A model generated the notes under the pieces. That model saw only the letters and a program-made list of their open reading frames with translations. It searched no databases and was not told where the DNA came from. From Eledone cirrhosa (Eukaryota), in assembly GCA_964016885.1 (NCBI GenBank), contig OZ024744.1, positions 33,790,001-33,854,000 on the forward strand: a stretch of DNA of 64,000 nt. Reading direction: 5' to 3'. Below are positions 29,501 through 42,176 of the stretch, one piece after another; positions within the stretch are counted from its first letter, which is position 1, and each line of letters starts with the position of its first letter. Both the position numbers and the translations under genes were made by a program.

Positions 29501-31221
29501 TTGCCAGCGTGTCTCGAGGATAGAGAGGAAAATGACCCGGATGAATGCTCAAAATGTGGTATTTAGGATGGCGGACAGCATTTGCACTTGGTATTCAGAG
29601 AAATCCTGAATCACTGTGGCTGCTTTATTTAATCTAGATGCTTCTTGCCCTATTTGGATGTCTTGTTCCACCTCATTTTTATATTTTTGTTTTTCGTGTC
29701 ACTTTGTGTTCGAATATTTGATTCTGTGTAAATTCCAGCCGGTGGCTCTCGGTGCAAACAAATGAAAATGGACACAGTAAAATATATTTTATAACACACA
29801 TAAAAATGGCGGTAGGTTCGCAGATTTAGTGGAATGGCGAACAATATAAATTGTAGTATTTAGTTACGTCTTTTTAAGTAACGTGCTCAAGTCCTACCAC
29901 CGTCAACTTTGCCTTTAATCTTTCAGATGTCGGTACCAGTCTAACATTTTGTAGTCGATTATATAGGCTATAAATTTAAACGCGATGCCCCCCGCATAAT
30001 CGTAAGACCAATGACAAACTAGTAAAGCGATAAAATGATAATGTTCTGAGTTGTACTTGTTTCGCAAGTGACTTGATCAGAGATCGTGTGTGCTAAACAT
30101 CGTGGGAGAGCTATTTAAGTCTTCAACTGAAACAGGTAAAATAATAAACTTATAGTCTCAGTTGTTCTCAAAGACCTGGGTCACATTCTTCTTGTTGCAG
30201 CCCCGGCTTTTCTAAATTCCCTCCTATTTTGAATTGTTAACTAGTATTTTTTCACGCCGCTACCATGAGTGAAAGGCGGTGAATTGGCAGAGTCGTTAGA
30301 ACGTCGCATAGAATGCTTTATGGCATTCTCTGGAAGAAATCTGCTGTACTCAGGCCTGGAGAGGGATGGGTTCCGTCAGGCCTAAAATACCCCAAGAAAC
30401 GTCGTTTGTTTATACGGCGTCCCTACGATTCTATCAGGAGTTACATGACCATACATACATAGTCTCAGTAGTTCTCAGAGGCCTAGGTCACATTCTTCTC
30501 TTTGCAATCCCAACTTTTCTAAAATCCTCCCTATTTTGAATTATCTAATAATCTTTCACCCCGCTACGTTATTATCACGAGAGAGCTTTTCAGACCATAA
30601 TAATTCTATACTCCCAGACTGGATTAACCCTTTCGTTGCTATATTTCAAATGTAAAACAAATACATTTCTCATGATTTTCAAATAATGTTGAAAGTAATA
30701 AAGAATTTGCAATGATTTAGTAATATAACTAACTTTCTCCTTAAGTAGGGGTTTGGAACATAATTTAACAAAAGTTCTTACATAGAATTATGACAGAAGG
30801 ATATTTAAATGAATATACTCACTTTCAAATAAACAGGTTTGTGTAGTTGAACCAGCAGTGGTTTCAGGAGATTTGGTATCAAAATAATTAAGTCTGAAGC
30901 GTCATTTTATTTTTGTACATTGTTAATTCAGAATTTGTGAAGGCGCATGGCTTAGTGGTTAGAGCATTGGGCTTGTAATCAAAAGGTTGGGAGTTCAATT
31001 CTCAGACCGGGTGATGTGTTGTTTCCTTGAGCAAGACACTTTATTTCTTGTTGCTCCAGTTTACTCAGCTGTAGAAATGAGATGATAGGACTGGGTCCCT
31101 ATCATTAAATCACCCAAGACACCTCCAACGAGATATACCTTGGAGGAGGCCAGCTAAACCTGCAGCTGGTGTGAGATGTCACACACACACATACACAATT
31201 CAGGATCACCATTATAGTTAG

Positions 31222-31580
31222 ACATATTGGTATTTCACTTGATATATACACTATATACACTAGAGTTGGGTATATATTGGTATTTCACTTGATATATATA
31301 TATAATATACACTAGAGTTGGCTATATATTGGTATTTCACTTGATATATACAATATACACTAGAGTTGGGTATATATTGGTATTCCACTTGATATATTCA
31401 ATGTAGACTAGAGTTGGGTATATATATTGGTATTTCACTTGATAAATATACACTACAGTTGGGTATATTGGTATTTCATTTCATAAATATACACCATGTA
31501 TACTAGAGTTGAGTGTATAGGCATTTTATTTGATATATATATATTGTGCACTATAGTTAGATATATTAGTATTCCATTTT
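31222..31580. repeat. ~45-bp degenerate minisatellite
   Basis: TATATTGGTATTTCACTTGATATA..ACACTAGAGTTGGG repeated about 7 times. Confidence 0.85.
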
Positions 31581-32442
31581 ATATATATATATATATATTA
31601 TATGTAAACGAAACTTCCCTTTTTTATTATTACATATGGTATCAGAAAAATCCCCGTTCGGGTGGTTTTCTGCTAGTATATGTAGTGTGCATATTGATAT
31701 TATACGCAGGTATATATACATGTAGATATGATACATCAAATAAAATCGTAATTGACAATATACACAGAAAATGAACGAAGACTGCGTTACACTGTCTTAT
31801 TTAATCAGTAACATAATCCATGATACATTAAAAAAAAGACGATATTATATATAAATTGCATTAGGAGAAAATTAGTGACGGAAATATATGAATGTTTATT
31901 TAAGCGATCGCTAACCGGAAGAGCTCACATTTAAACATTTTAAAGAAGTGACTCTTAGAATAAGCAACAAAATTATTTATATTTAATCAAGAATAACGAA
32001 AATTAGTAGATAAATTATGTAATATTCATTCATTATTTATTCAAAGTAATCCAACTTATTTTACAAACGTGATAAAAAATATATTCTGGACGCAGTCCCG
32101 CACTCCTTTCTTTATTATAGTTTAGATATAATGGTGGTCGGGTATTTGGGTTATCGTTGCTTTGCAGGGGCACCCCCCCCCTCTTAGTTCAGAAATGCTG
32201 CCATCGCCCCTGCTTTATTTAGTATAATCCTGCAGATTACAGGCAATTCTGAGAGATAAAGATAACTCCAAATACACCATTTGTAATTTAATTATCGACC
32301 TCGAAATGAAAATGACAAAGTTGACCTAAGGTATGATTTGAACTCAAAGAAGAGAGAGCCGTACAAATAAAATGGAGAATTCAACCCTCCTATCTGACAA
32401 CCATATCAATTCACCAGCGAACCAGTTTCAGAATCTATATAA

Positions 32443-32820
32443 CTAGAATTGTTTCAAAACGCTGACGCGTATGTGTAGAATTTGCTTCAAAATGCTGACG
32501 CTGACGCGCGTGCGTAGGTGTATGTGCATATGTATACATTTATATGTATGAGTATATAAATATAAACGTGCGAACACAGACACACTTACAAAAATACACA
32601 CTCATAGACATACACTCACACAATCAGACACACACATACATTTACACAAACACACACATACATCCACACACATTGTAGCAAATGAAATGCCAGCCGGTGT
32701 TTTGCTGTAGTTTTTTCACCATCTCCTACCTTCCTTTTACACACATACATTCACACAATCACACACACACACAGCATTGTATGACGGATGGAAGTCGCTC
32801 GAATTTATATATAAATATCT
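32443..32820 (-). mobile_element. Helitron-like microsatellite-bearing element (plus-strand relative ~7960-8384)
   Basis: Both share GGCTGGC.TT.CATTTGCTAC, CATACG.GTCAGCGT..TTGAAA and terminal CTAG|T. Confidence 0.5.
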
Positions 32821-32840
32821 TTTCCTTATAAAAAGGGAAA

Positions 32841-33031
<191 letters not shown>

Positions 33032-33277
33032 TATACACACATATATATATATACATATTATAATTCATCGGATATAAAGAATGTGTATATGTGTGAGTAA
33101 GTGTGTGTTTGTTTTCTAATCTTTCAGCGTGGCTAAATACTAATTACGCACACACAATGTGTGACAGACGGACGGAAGTCATTCAAATTTGTATATAGAT
33201 ATCATGGATCTACTAAAGCCATATCATTTAATTCATGTTTGTAAGTTCATATAAACGACACACACACCTACACCCAG

Positions 33278-33337
<60 letters not shown>

Positions 33338-33599
33338 ATATATATATATGGAAGGAGGGATGACTAGAAAAATATATGAAGCATGAAGAAAATGAAACTA
33401 AAATGATACGAAGATATATGCTTTGTAAAACAAGAACTGACAAATATATAACCTACATAAAAAACAAAGATAAATGAAAGTTAAGAAATAATGAAAAAAG
33501 GTAGATAATAGATATAGATTAATCTCTCTCTCTCTCTCTTTCGCCCTCTCTCTCGCCCTCTCCCTCGCCCTCTCTCTCTCCCTCTATCTTTCTCTCTCG

Positions 33600-34200
<601 letters not shown>

Positions 34201-34279
34201 GTACACTCTGCCTGTGCATAGAATGTTTGATTTGGTACCAACACCATTATTTCACTGTACTACCTACACTATATATAAT

Positions 34280-34357
<78 letters not shown>

Positions 34358-34365
34358 ATATATAT

Positions 34366-34568
34366 ATAGGAAAATGTTCAAGACCCCGACGGCAGAACTC
34401 AAGCCGTTTCGACGGCTATTTCTGGACCAGAAATAGCCGTCGAAACGGCTTGAGTTCTGCCGTCGGGGTCTTGAACATTTTCCTATTACCCACTCTCCTA
34501 CCCTAAGTATTGAGTACTCTGGTGCGTTATGGTCTACTTGGTTCCTTACCACGCTTCCTTCGTTATAT
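34366..34568 (+). mobile_element. Fold-back element family B, copy 1
   Basis: Perfect 60-bp-arm palindrome 34366-34486 plus ~80-bp unique tail, next to (TA)n. Confidence 0.8.
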
Positions 34569-34692
34569 GTATTCAGAGAACCAATTCTAATTTTGCTTGA
34601 CCGGCAATCGCTCTGTACAATCAGTTCCTGATTATTACTGGAATTCTATAAGAATCCAACATCTATAATTTTCAACAGGCAAAGGCCAGTGC

Positions 34693-34738
34693 TAAGCTCT
34701 GATGATTACCAACAGTATGAAACAGATCTGTCTGCTTA
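34693..34738 (+). ncRNA. Minimal HHR motif, palindromic loop III
   Basis: TAAGCt-CTGATGA-tTAC caaca GTAt-GAAA-CAGATCTG-TC-tGCTTA. Confidence 0.72.
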
Positions 34739-34902
34739 TCTCCCTTTGTTTGTTGAAAAAAGAAGTAAGTGACATAGTCACTACTTTAAAACAATAGCGT
34801 AAGGTGTTCAAAATGTTTTAATTAAGCATACAGTATATTGCCAAATATACTATATATACATTCATGTATACATCGCTATTTCAGAGCACCAATTCTAATA
34901 TA

Positions 34903-34984
<82 letters not shown>

Positions 34985-35133
34985 CATGGGTGTGTATGAT
35001 TGTGTATAAAAGATTATATTAATAAAAGGAATTCCAACTTTGTCTGATTTACTCGTTTTATTTACAATCGTTTAAAATTATAATGGTATTAGAATGAAAT
35101 AGTATGGTAGAATATTAAATGTTAAGTGTTAAT

Positions 35134-35172
35134 TGAACAAGTACTTTCATGTTTTCGCAATCTTCAGGTTCA
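35134..35172 (-). ncRNA. Minimal HHR motif (truncated mirror copy 35331-35364, +)
   Basis: Minus: TGAAC-CTGAAGA-tTGC gaaa (A/G)CAt-GAAA-GTAC-TT-GTTCA. Confidence 0.75.
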
Positions 35173-35238
35173 TATTCTGTGGTGACAGTCAAGTTTGCAA
35201 TTTTCAACTGTGTGTATATATATATATATATATGTGTG

Positions 35239-35294
<56 letters not shown>

Positions 35295-35361
35295 GTTGAA
35301 AATTGCAAACTTGAGTGTCACCACAAAATATGAACCTGAAGATTGCGAAAGCATGAAAGTA

Positions 35362-35530
<169 letters not shown>

Positions 35531-35543
35531 ATATATGTATATA

Positions 35544-35592
<49 letters not shown>

Positions 35593-35648
35593 ATATATAT
35601 ATATATATATATTATTATTATTATGTAATAAACAACATAAGGCAATTA

Positions 35649-35708
35649 TTCCATTTACCAGTGGTTTCTTAAAAGCAAAAGGTTTTGCTTTCAATCCTCA
35701 GAATGAAA
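35649..35708 (-). ncRNA. HHR motif, same family as the Naiad-like pLTR
   Basis: Minus: TTTCATT-CTGAGGA-TTGAAAGCAAAA cc TTTTGCTTTTAA-GAAA-CCACTGG-TA-AATGGAA. Confidence 0.75.
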
Positions 35709-35881
35709 AAATCCTGGTTTGTTTATTGAATTTGGATTTTAAAAAACAAAAATGCAATCTATATGAAAGTGAGGTTGGAGAAGGAAGAAGGAAAGGAAAA
35801 ATAAAATAAAACTACACATGCCAACACACACACAAAAACACAAAAGCATACATACACACACATACATATATATATATATAT

Positions 35882-36867
35882 ACAGAGCATTTGATGTTAT
35901 TCCAAATTGAAGGATAAGTGTTTCAAACTTTGTTTTATCATGAGTTAAAGTTTTCATGAAATAGTCTTTTAAGACTATACAGAGCATTTGATGTTATTCC
36001 AAATTGAAGGATAAGTGTTTCAAACTTTATTTTATCATGAGTTAAAGGTCTATAGATTTTTCCCTGGATTTTACTAGGTTCTGTGGATGAATTTATATCC
36101 TGATTCTCTTTTGAGATGAGTTTGAGTTATTTTTCCTAAATCTTTCGTTAACTACTTTTCCCATCTTGACGTTATAGTCGCATATATGTTATAGAATGCC
36201 GTTAGCTTCTTGCTAAAACAATCTCTATACCTCTCATTTATATTTATACTCGGATTCTTTTCCTAGAGTGCTTAAACAATCTGTGACTAATCCCGGTTTT
36301 TTTCATAAAAACTGTGATAATTATTGCTATTTTGCTGAACTCCTTTGTAGAGTTTTTTTTTCAGAATGTATTTGACTGCTATTTCTTGTAAATAAACATT
36401 CACTTCCATCCTGACGTCACTAGCCCCGTTTTTTCCTCATGTGCTTTTTCATAAATACACATGAAGGCGAACTAGCCAGTTTTAGAATTCCCTTTTTCGG
36501 ACTATATTACTGTGAGAGCCCTGGTTTTCTGTTGAGCTCTGCTGATGAATGATATTCCAACCGTGACCATCTCCACTGAAAGTTTTCATGAAATAGTCTT
36601 TTAAGACTATACAGAGCATTTGATGTTATTCCAAATTGAAGGATAAGTGTTTCAAACTTTGTTTTATCATGAGTTAAAGGTCTATAGATTTTTCCCTGGA
36701 TTTTACTAAATTCTGTGGATGAATTTATATCCTGATTCTCTTTTGAGATGAGTTTGAGTTATTTTTCCTAAATCTTTCGTTAACTACTTTTCCCATCTTG
36801 ACATTATAGTCGCATATATGTTATAGAATGCCGTTAGCTTCTTGCTAAAACAATCTCTATACCTCTC

Positions 36868-36872
<5 letters not shown>
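35882..36872. repeat. Locally duplicated ~290-bp repeat (35950-36240 and 36579-36872, partial 35882-35950)
   Basis: Near-identical direct copies. The 3' end is related to 54935-54985. TA-flanked. Confidence 0.85.
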
Positions 36873-36949
<77 letters not shown>

Positions 36950-37034
36950 ATATACACATACACATATATATAAAACATACACTTATATACACATACACAC
37001 ACATACACATATACACATACATACATTCATACAT

Positions 37035-37069
<35 letters not shown>

Positions 37070-37405
37070 TATATATACATATATATATATACACATATAC
37101 ACATACATATATATACATGTGTGTACAAGCATACACATACACAAACATAGCCATATACACACACACATATATACACACATACATTCACACAATCATACAT
37201 ATATACACACGTACACACATACACATACATAAATGCACTCCTCTACATATTCACACACGCAAATAAATATAAGAAAAAAATATATAAATATTAAAAAATT
37301 TTTGACACCGTTACATGAGGCAGCTAACAGGACAGACACGCGTGGTAAGTAATACACACAAATGCACGTATACATACGTACGGAATCGTAAACACATACA
37401 CACAC

Positions 37406-37456
<51 letters not shown>

Positions 37457-37622
37457 CATAAATATAAACGCACACACATATACGTACACATACACACACA
37501 TATACATACATAGCTAAACAATTATACACATACAAATACGTATATATCATAAACACGCACAACCAAATACAAACACACACACACACATACATATATACAT
37601 ACACACGCATACATATACACAC

Positions 37623-37661
<39 letters not shown>

Positions 37662-37823
37662 CATATATATGTATATATATATATATACATATATATACAT
37701 ATGCATACACATACACACACACATACATGTGTGTATGTGTAAAACTCAGTCTTAGATAATTCATATGAACCTTACATATACGTATATATAGTAGTAAAGT
37801 AATAAAGCAACATAAGGCAATTA

Positions 37824-37883
37824 TTCCATTCACCAGTGGTTTCTTAAAAGCAAAAAATTTTTCCTTCAATCTTCAGAATGAAA
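37824..37883 (-). ncRNA. HHR motif downstream of Naiad-like ORF, cleavage site mutated to UG (likely inactive)
   Basis: Homologous to 35649-35708: CTGAAGA core, then GAAA-CCACTGG-TG-AATGGAA. Confidence 0.6.
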
Positions 37884-37948
37884 AAACATGGTTTATCCAC
37901 ATATACATACATATACACACACAAATATATACATATGTATACACACAT

Positions 37949-38055
<107 letters not shown>

Positions 38056-38274
38056 CATATATACATACATATATATATATATACACACAAATATACATAC
38101 ACATACACATAGGTATGTGAAGGGCAAGGCAAAAAGAATATATGGGGGGCGGGACATTAGAAAAGGTAAAATCTAAGGGGAGGTAAGGGAGAAAAATAAG
38201 TAAATATACAAGAGTACAGAACGTAGAATCAGCAAAATAAAAACCGTAGCAGAAGTAAAGAGCAGAAAAGGAGT

Positions 38275-39841
38275 TCAAGTCGGTTGATTTATCATAGGAG
38301 TGTCAATCCAGTTACAGATCAGATGCGATTTCAGATCAGGACACCATCTGAAGATCTCAGTCTTTGAGTTAAGGCAAGCGGAAGTGGCTCTCAAGTTTAG
38401 CAAAATCCTATACTTTTCTGTGGTACACAAAGAACAATTCTTTGTGCCCCTTTGGTACTCCCTCGAATGGTCTAATATAGACCAATCAATAGAGTACGGG
38501 ATGTTACTATCCTTGAGTTCCCACACCTTACTTGCAAGGGCCGTTGATGTTCGTTTATCGGAGTGCTTAAAAGAAGCGACATGTGAGTAAAATCTGGTTT
38601 TAAACCTGTCCTGGGTCATACCGACATATCGCTCACTCCTGGCTGGCTGGTTGTTGATTACTGGTGTTATCTTAGCCTCATAAACGACAGATTTCGTGTT
38701 ACATTTACCCTGCAATGGGCATTCATCCGGCTTCCTGCAACTGCATCCTGGATTTATTCTCGTACGGTTTGAACTGGTGATTTTGGACTTCATAGATGGG
38801 CAACAAGAGTAGCTGATCTTAACTACGTTCCTATTAAATATCTTATAATATCTATGATTAGGAGGAAAATGTTTGTCTAATAGTTCAAGGAATTTCCTTC
38901 CTACATTAGTTTTGACAGTTAGAGAGAAGGGGGGTGTGAACCAAATAATCTTCCTTTTCCTGTTATTGTGGTTAGTTTTAGGGGGGGGGGGGGAGGTAAA
39001 TAAGAAATTTTTTCTGTAAAACCGCTGTTCTTAAGGGCTTTATTATAATAAGGGGCGGCTTTATTAAAAATGTCTATAGACGAAGATAAGGTAGAAATCC
39101 TACGGCTAATGTTAGGAATAAGATTATTAAAAACTATAGGGGGATGGCAAGATTCTTTGTATATATACCTAAGATTTTCATTAGGTTTATGATAGGGTTT
39201 AAAAGAGGCAGTAAGTAGATCAAGATTAATATCAAGAAAGTTAGCATTAGTAAGGTTCGTATCTATAGTAATTTTAAGGTTAAGATTAGCAAAAGTATTG
39301 ATTAAATCTTTACGGAATTTATCAAGGTTATGGCCGTTGGTGGTATGAGAAACTGCTAATCCGTCATCACGGTATAAACCGATATTATGGGACGGAAATT
39401 TCTCTTTGAGGGTGTGGAGAAGGAATAATCCTACTAAGTCACACACATCCGCACTGTCATATGAACCCATTGCAACATCAAAAGAGTTTTCAGGGTTTGA
39501 CTTTTTAACCCAAATATTATCATTAGTAAAAAGTAAAGTTTTTCAATCCGGTTATCTATTTGTAAAGAATTAGCTAGTTCTTTAGCTTCTTTATTGATAG
39601 TATTGTAGGTATTATTATTAGTTAATTGATATTTATTGGTAATACTATTAGTTAAAAGTTGGTTATACAAAGTACTATTAACTTCAAAGAGGTTTTTAGT
39701 TTTATCAGAAAGAACGAAAGTGTTTGTAGAATTTCTAAAATTAGAAATATCATTAGAAAATTTAGTTTGAAAGTTATTATTGTACTTACGAAATTTGATA
39801 TCACTAATTAGATTAACGAGGTCTAATTCGAAGTTGGCCAT
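38275..39841 (-). pseudogene. Broken RT-GIY-YIG ORF of Naiad-like PLE
   Basis: ORFs 39434-39841, 38919-39470 and 38275-38793. N-terminal RT motifs are missing at the junction near 39535. Confidence 0.88.
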
Positions 39842-39849
39842 GTCTTATA

Positions 39850-40526
39850 TATATATAAAGAATTAGTATATCTACCAACATATATATACAGATGCACACC
39901 TATGCTAGCAAATATATAGGTTTTGTCTTAGTAATTTTGTGGTTCAATGCAAGGGGATGCAGAACAATTATATGAAAGACGTAAAATAAGAAAATTATAA
40001 AAATTAACTTACTTACTAAAATTTCACTCCAACTAATTAGTTTCTGAAAGGGAATAAACATGGTTTCCGAATGGAACATGGAGAATACCTTTCGTCATCA
40101 GGAAGTCAATGCACAGCTAAGTTCCCAGGCTATGCGTGGACACAGGGAACTTATACAAAAATAATTCAGTGGATGGAAAAAAGCAAGCGAGGACTAAATT
40201 CCAGGACATTGAAAAAATCACTGCTCGGTGGCAAATTCAAAAAAATCAATCCCGTGACATCGAGGTTAATCAGTGAGGAGTGGAGTGTTAATAAGACAGT
40301 AGCCGGACTATTACTATGAACTATAGTAGTAGTTTTGGCAAATTTTTGCTCAACAAAATAATTTGGAGATAATTATAAAGAATTAGTATATCTACCAACA
40401 TATATATAGCTGAGAATTGACTAAAGGTATTCTCCATGTTCCATTCGGAAACCATGTTTATTCCCTTTCAGAAACTAATTAGTTGGAGTGAAATTTTAGT
40501 AAGTAAGTTAATTTTTATAATTTTCT

Positions 40527-40530
<4 letters not shown>
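39850..40530. mobile_element. PLE-terminus fragment with inverted partial copy
   Basis: 39986-40092 is inverted at 40423-40530. 39853-39888 is repeated directly at 40374-40408. Contains an HHR and is (TA)n flanked. Confidence 0.7.
40026..40106 (-). ncRNA. HHR motif, palindromic loop III
   Basis: Minus: ACTTC-CTGATGA-cGAAAGG...CCTTTCa-GAAA-CTAATTAG-TT-GGAGT. Confidence 0.7.
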
Positions 40531-40579
<49 letters not shown>

Positions 40580-41173
40580 AAAGTATGCCCATAGAATCAT
40601 TTGATAAGATATATACACCATCTCCTCTCCCAATCAGCATAATCAACCACACAAAAAACCAATTAAACCAGGCTATAAGATTAAAAGGCACCTATGAAGA
40701 AATAATAGATAAATAAACGACAGCCATCTATTCGCTATCAACAGCTATAGAATATTTACCCACCATTTCAATAGCACGTGGAAATCAATTAAATATATCG
40801 TCAACCATACACAATTAGGTATATAATTAAAGTTAGAAGAAAAAATGCATATAAACATACCAGGATTACGTTTCTACCCCTTGGGGTTTCATTCGCTTTT
40901 AGAAATATCCGATCAAGGATAAATTCACGAGCTTCGAAATCAGCAGGAAATAAACTCACTTGGACGAAGATTTTTCTTAAATGATCCCCGCCTGAAATGA
41001 ATTCAAAATGGCTAAGAACTGTGACCTGGCAGTGGTCAAATCAGAAAGAATGTGATTGGTGCCTTACGGCGAGTGGGCTGGTTGCTAGAAAGCGCAGCCT
41101 AATATTGCCTAAATTTGCATCTCAACCTTATGGGAGATTATCAAATATAAAGGTTTACATATACACAAACTAG

Positions 41174-41245
<72 letters not shown>

Positions 41246-41470
41246 AGGAGGTTATAGTTCACTTGAAGCATTGTGTAATGAGGTATAAACGTTAGAATAT
41301 GTGTAATAAGGCCAAGACAATGCAGGTGTGGACATAGAAAAAAGAATGCAATAGTGAAAGATATTGATGTGAATTCGTCTTTCACCTTGAATTTATTTAA
41401 ATGTCCTTAATTTTCGAGATAATATCTCTTCTTCGGAGGGAAGTAAAGGTCTCAAACCAGCGTCTTTAAA

Positions 41471-41505
<35 letters not shown>

Positions 41506-41517
<12 letters not shown>

Positions 41518-41756
41518 ATAGCTTTCACCGTATTTTTTACTAAAGGAATTTTAGCCTGATAATGGGGTTTAGAACCCTCAGATAAATGGAAAAAGATGAG
41601 TATTGACGTACATGTACGTCAATGCTCATCTTTTTCCATTTATCTGAGGGTTCTAAACCCGATTATCAGGCTAAAATTCCTTTAGTCAAAAATACGGTGA
41701 GAGCTATATATTTTCTAATTTCAAACCAGCTCACTGTTTCTAAACATACTTACTTC
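41506..41756. repeat. Near-perfect ~214-bp palindrome with short tail, in (TA)n
   Basis: Arms 41506-41611 and 41614-41719 are centred on GACGTACATGTACGTC. Confidence 0.85.
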
Positions 41757-41767
41757 ATATATATATA

Positions 41768-41912
41768 TATAACAAAGGAATAGTGGTAAGGAACCAGATG
41801 AACCATAACGCACCAGAGTACTCAATACTTAGGGTAGTAGAGTGGGAAATAGGAAAAAGTATGACCCCGACGGCAGAGCTCAAGCAGTTCCGACGGCTAT
41901 TTCCGTCGAAAC
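41768..41912 (-). mobile_element. Fold-back element family B, copy 2 (only a short hairpin at the turn)
   Basis: Homologous tail and arm. Ends CGACGG ctattt CCGTCG AAAC. Confidence 0.75.
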
Positions 41913-42176
41913 AAAAACAAAAACAAAAGCAACAATATACGCACACACATATACAACACACATCCCAACAACAACAGACACACAGACACAAACAACAATA
42001 ACAACAACACACACACCAACAGCAATAACAACATAGCCAGAAACAACAACAGACACGCAGACACAAACAACAATAACAACAATAACAACACACACAACAA
42101 CAATAACACACACGGAGACAACAACAACACACATCAACAACAGCACACATCAACAACAACAACACACACACATTCA

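Noticed and set aside
38120-38300. SECIS element / selenoprotein in the Naiad-like PLE
   Set aside because: No in-frame UGA in the visible Cys motifs and no convincing SECIS hairpin by eye.
41405-41439. HHR on minus strand (CCGAAGA-aGAGAT att ATCTC-GAAA)
   Set aside because: Core mutated and stems I/III minimal. At best a decayed copy.
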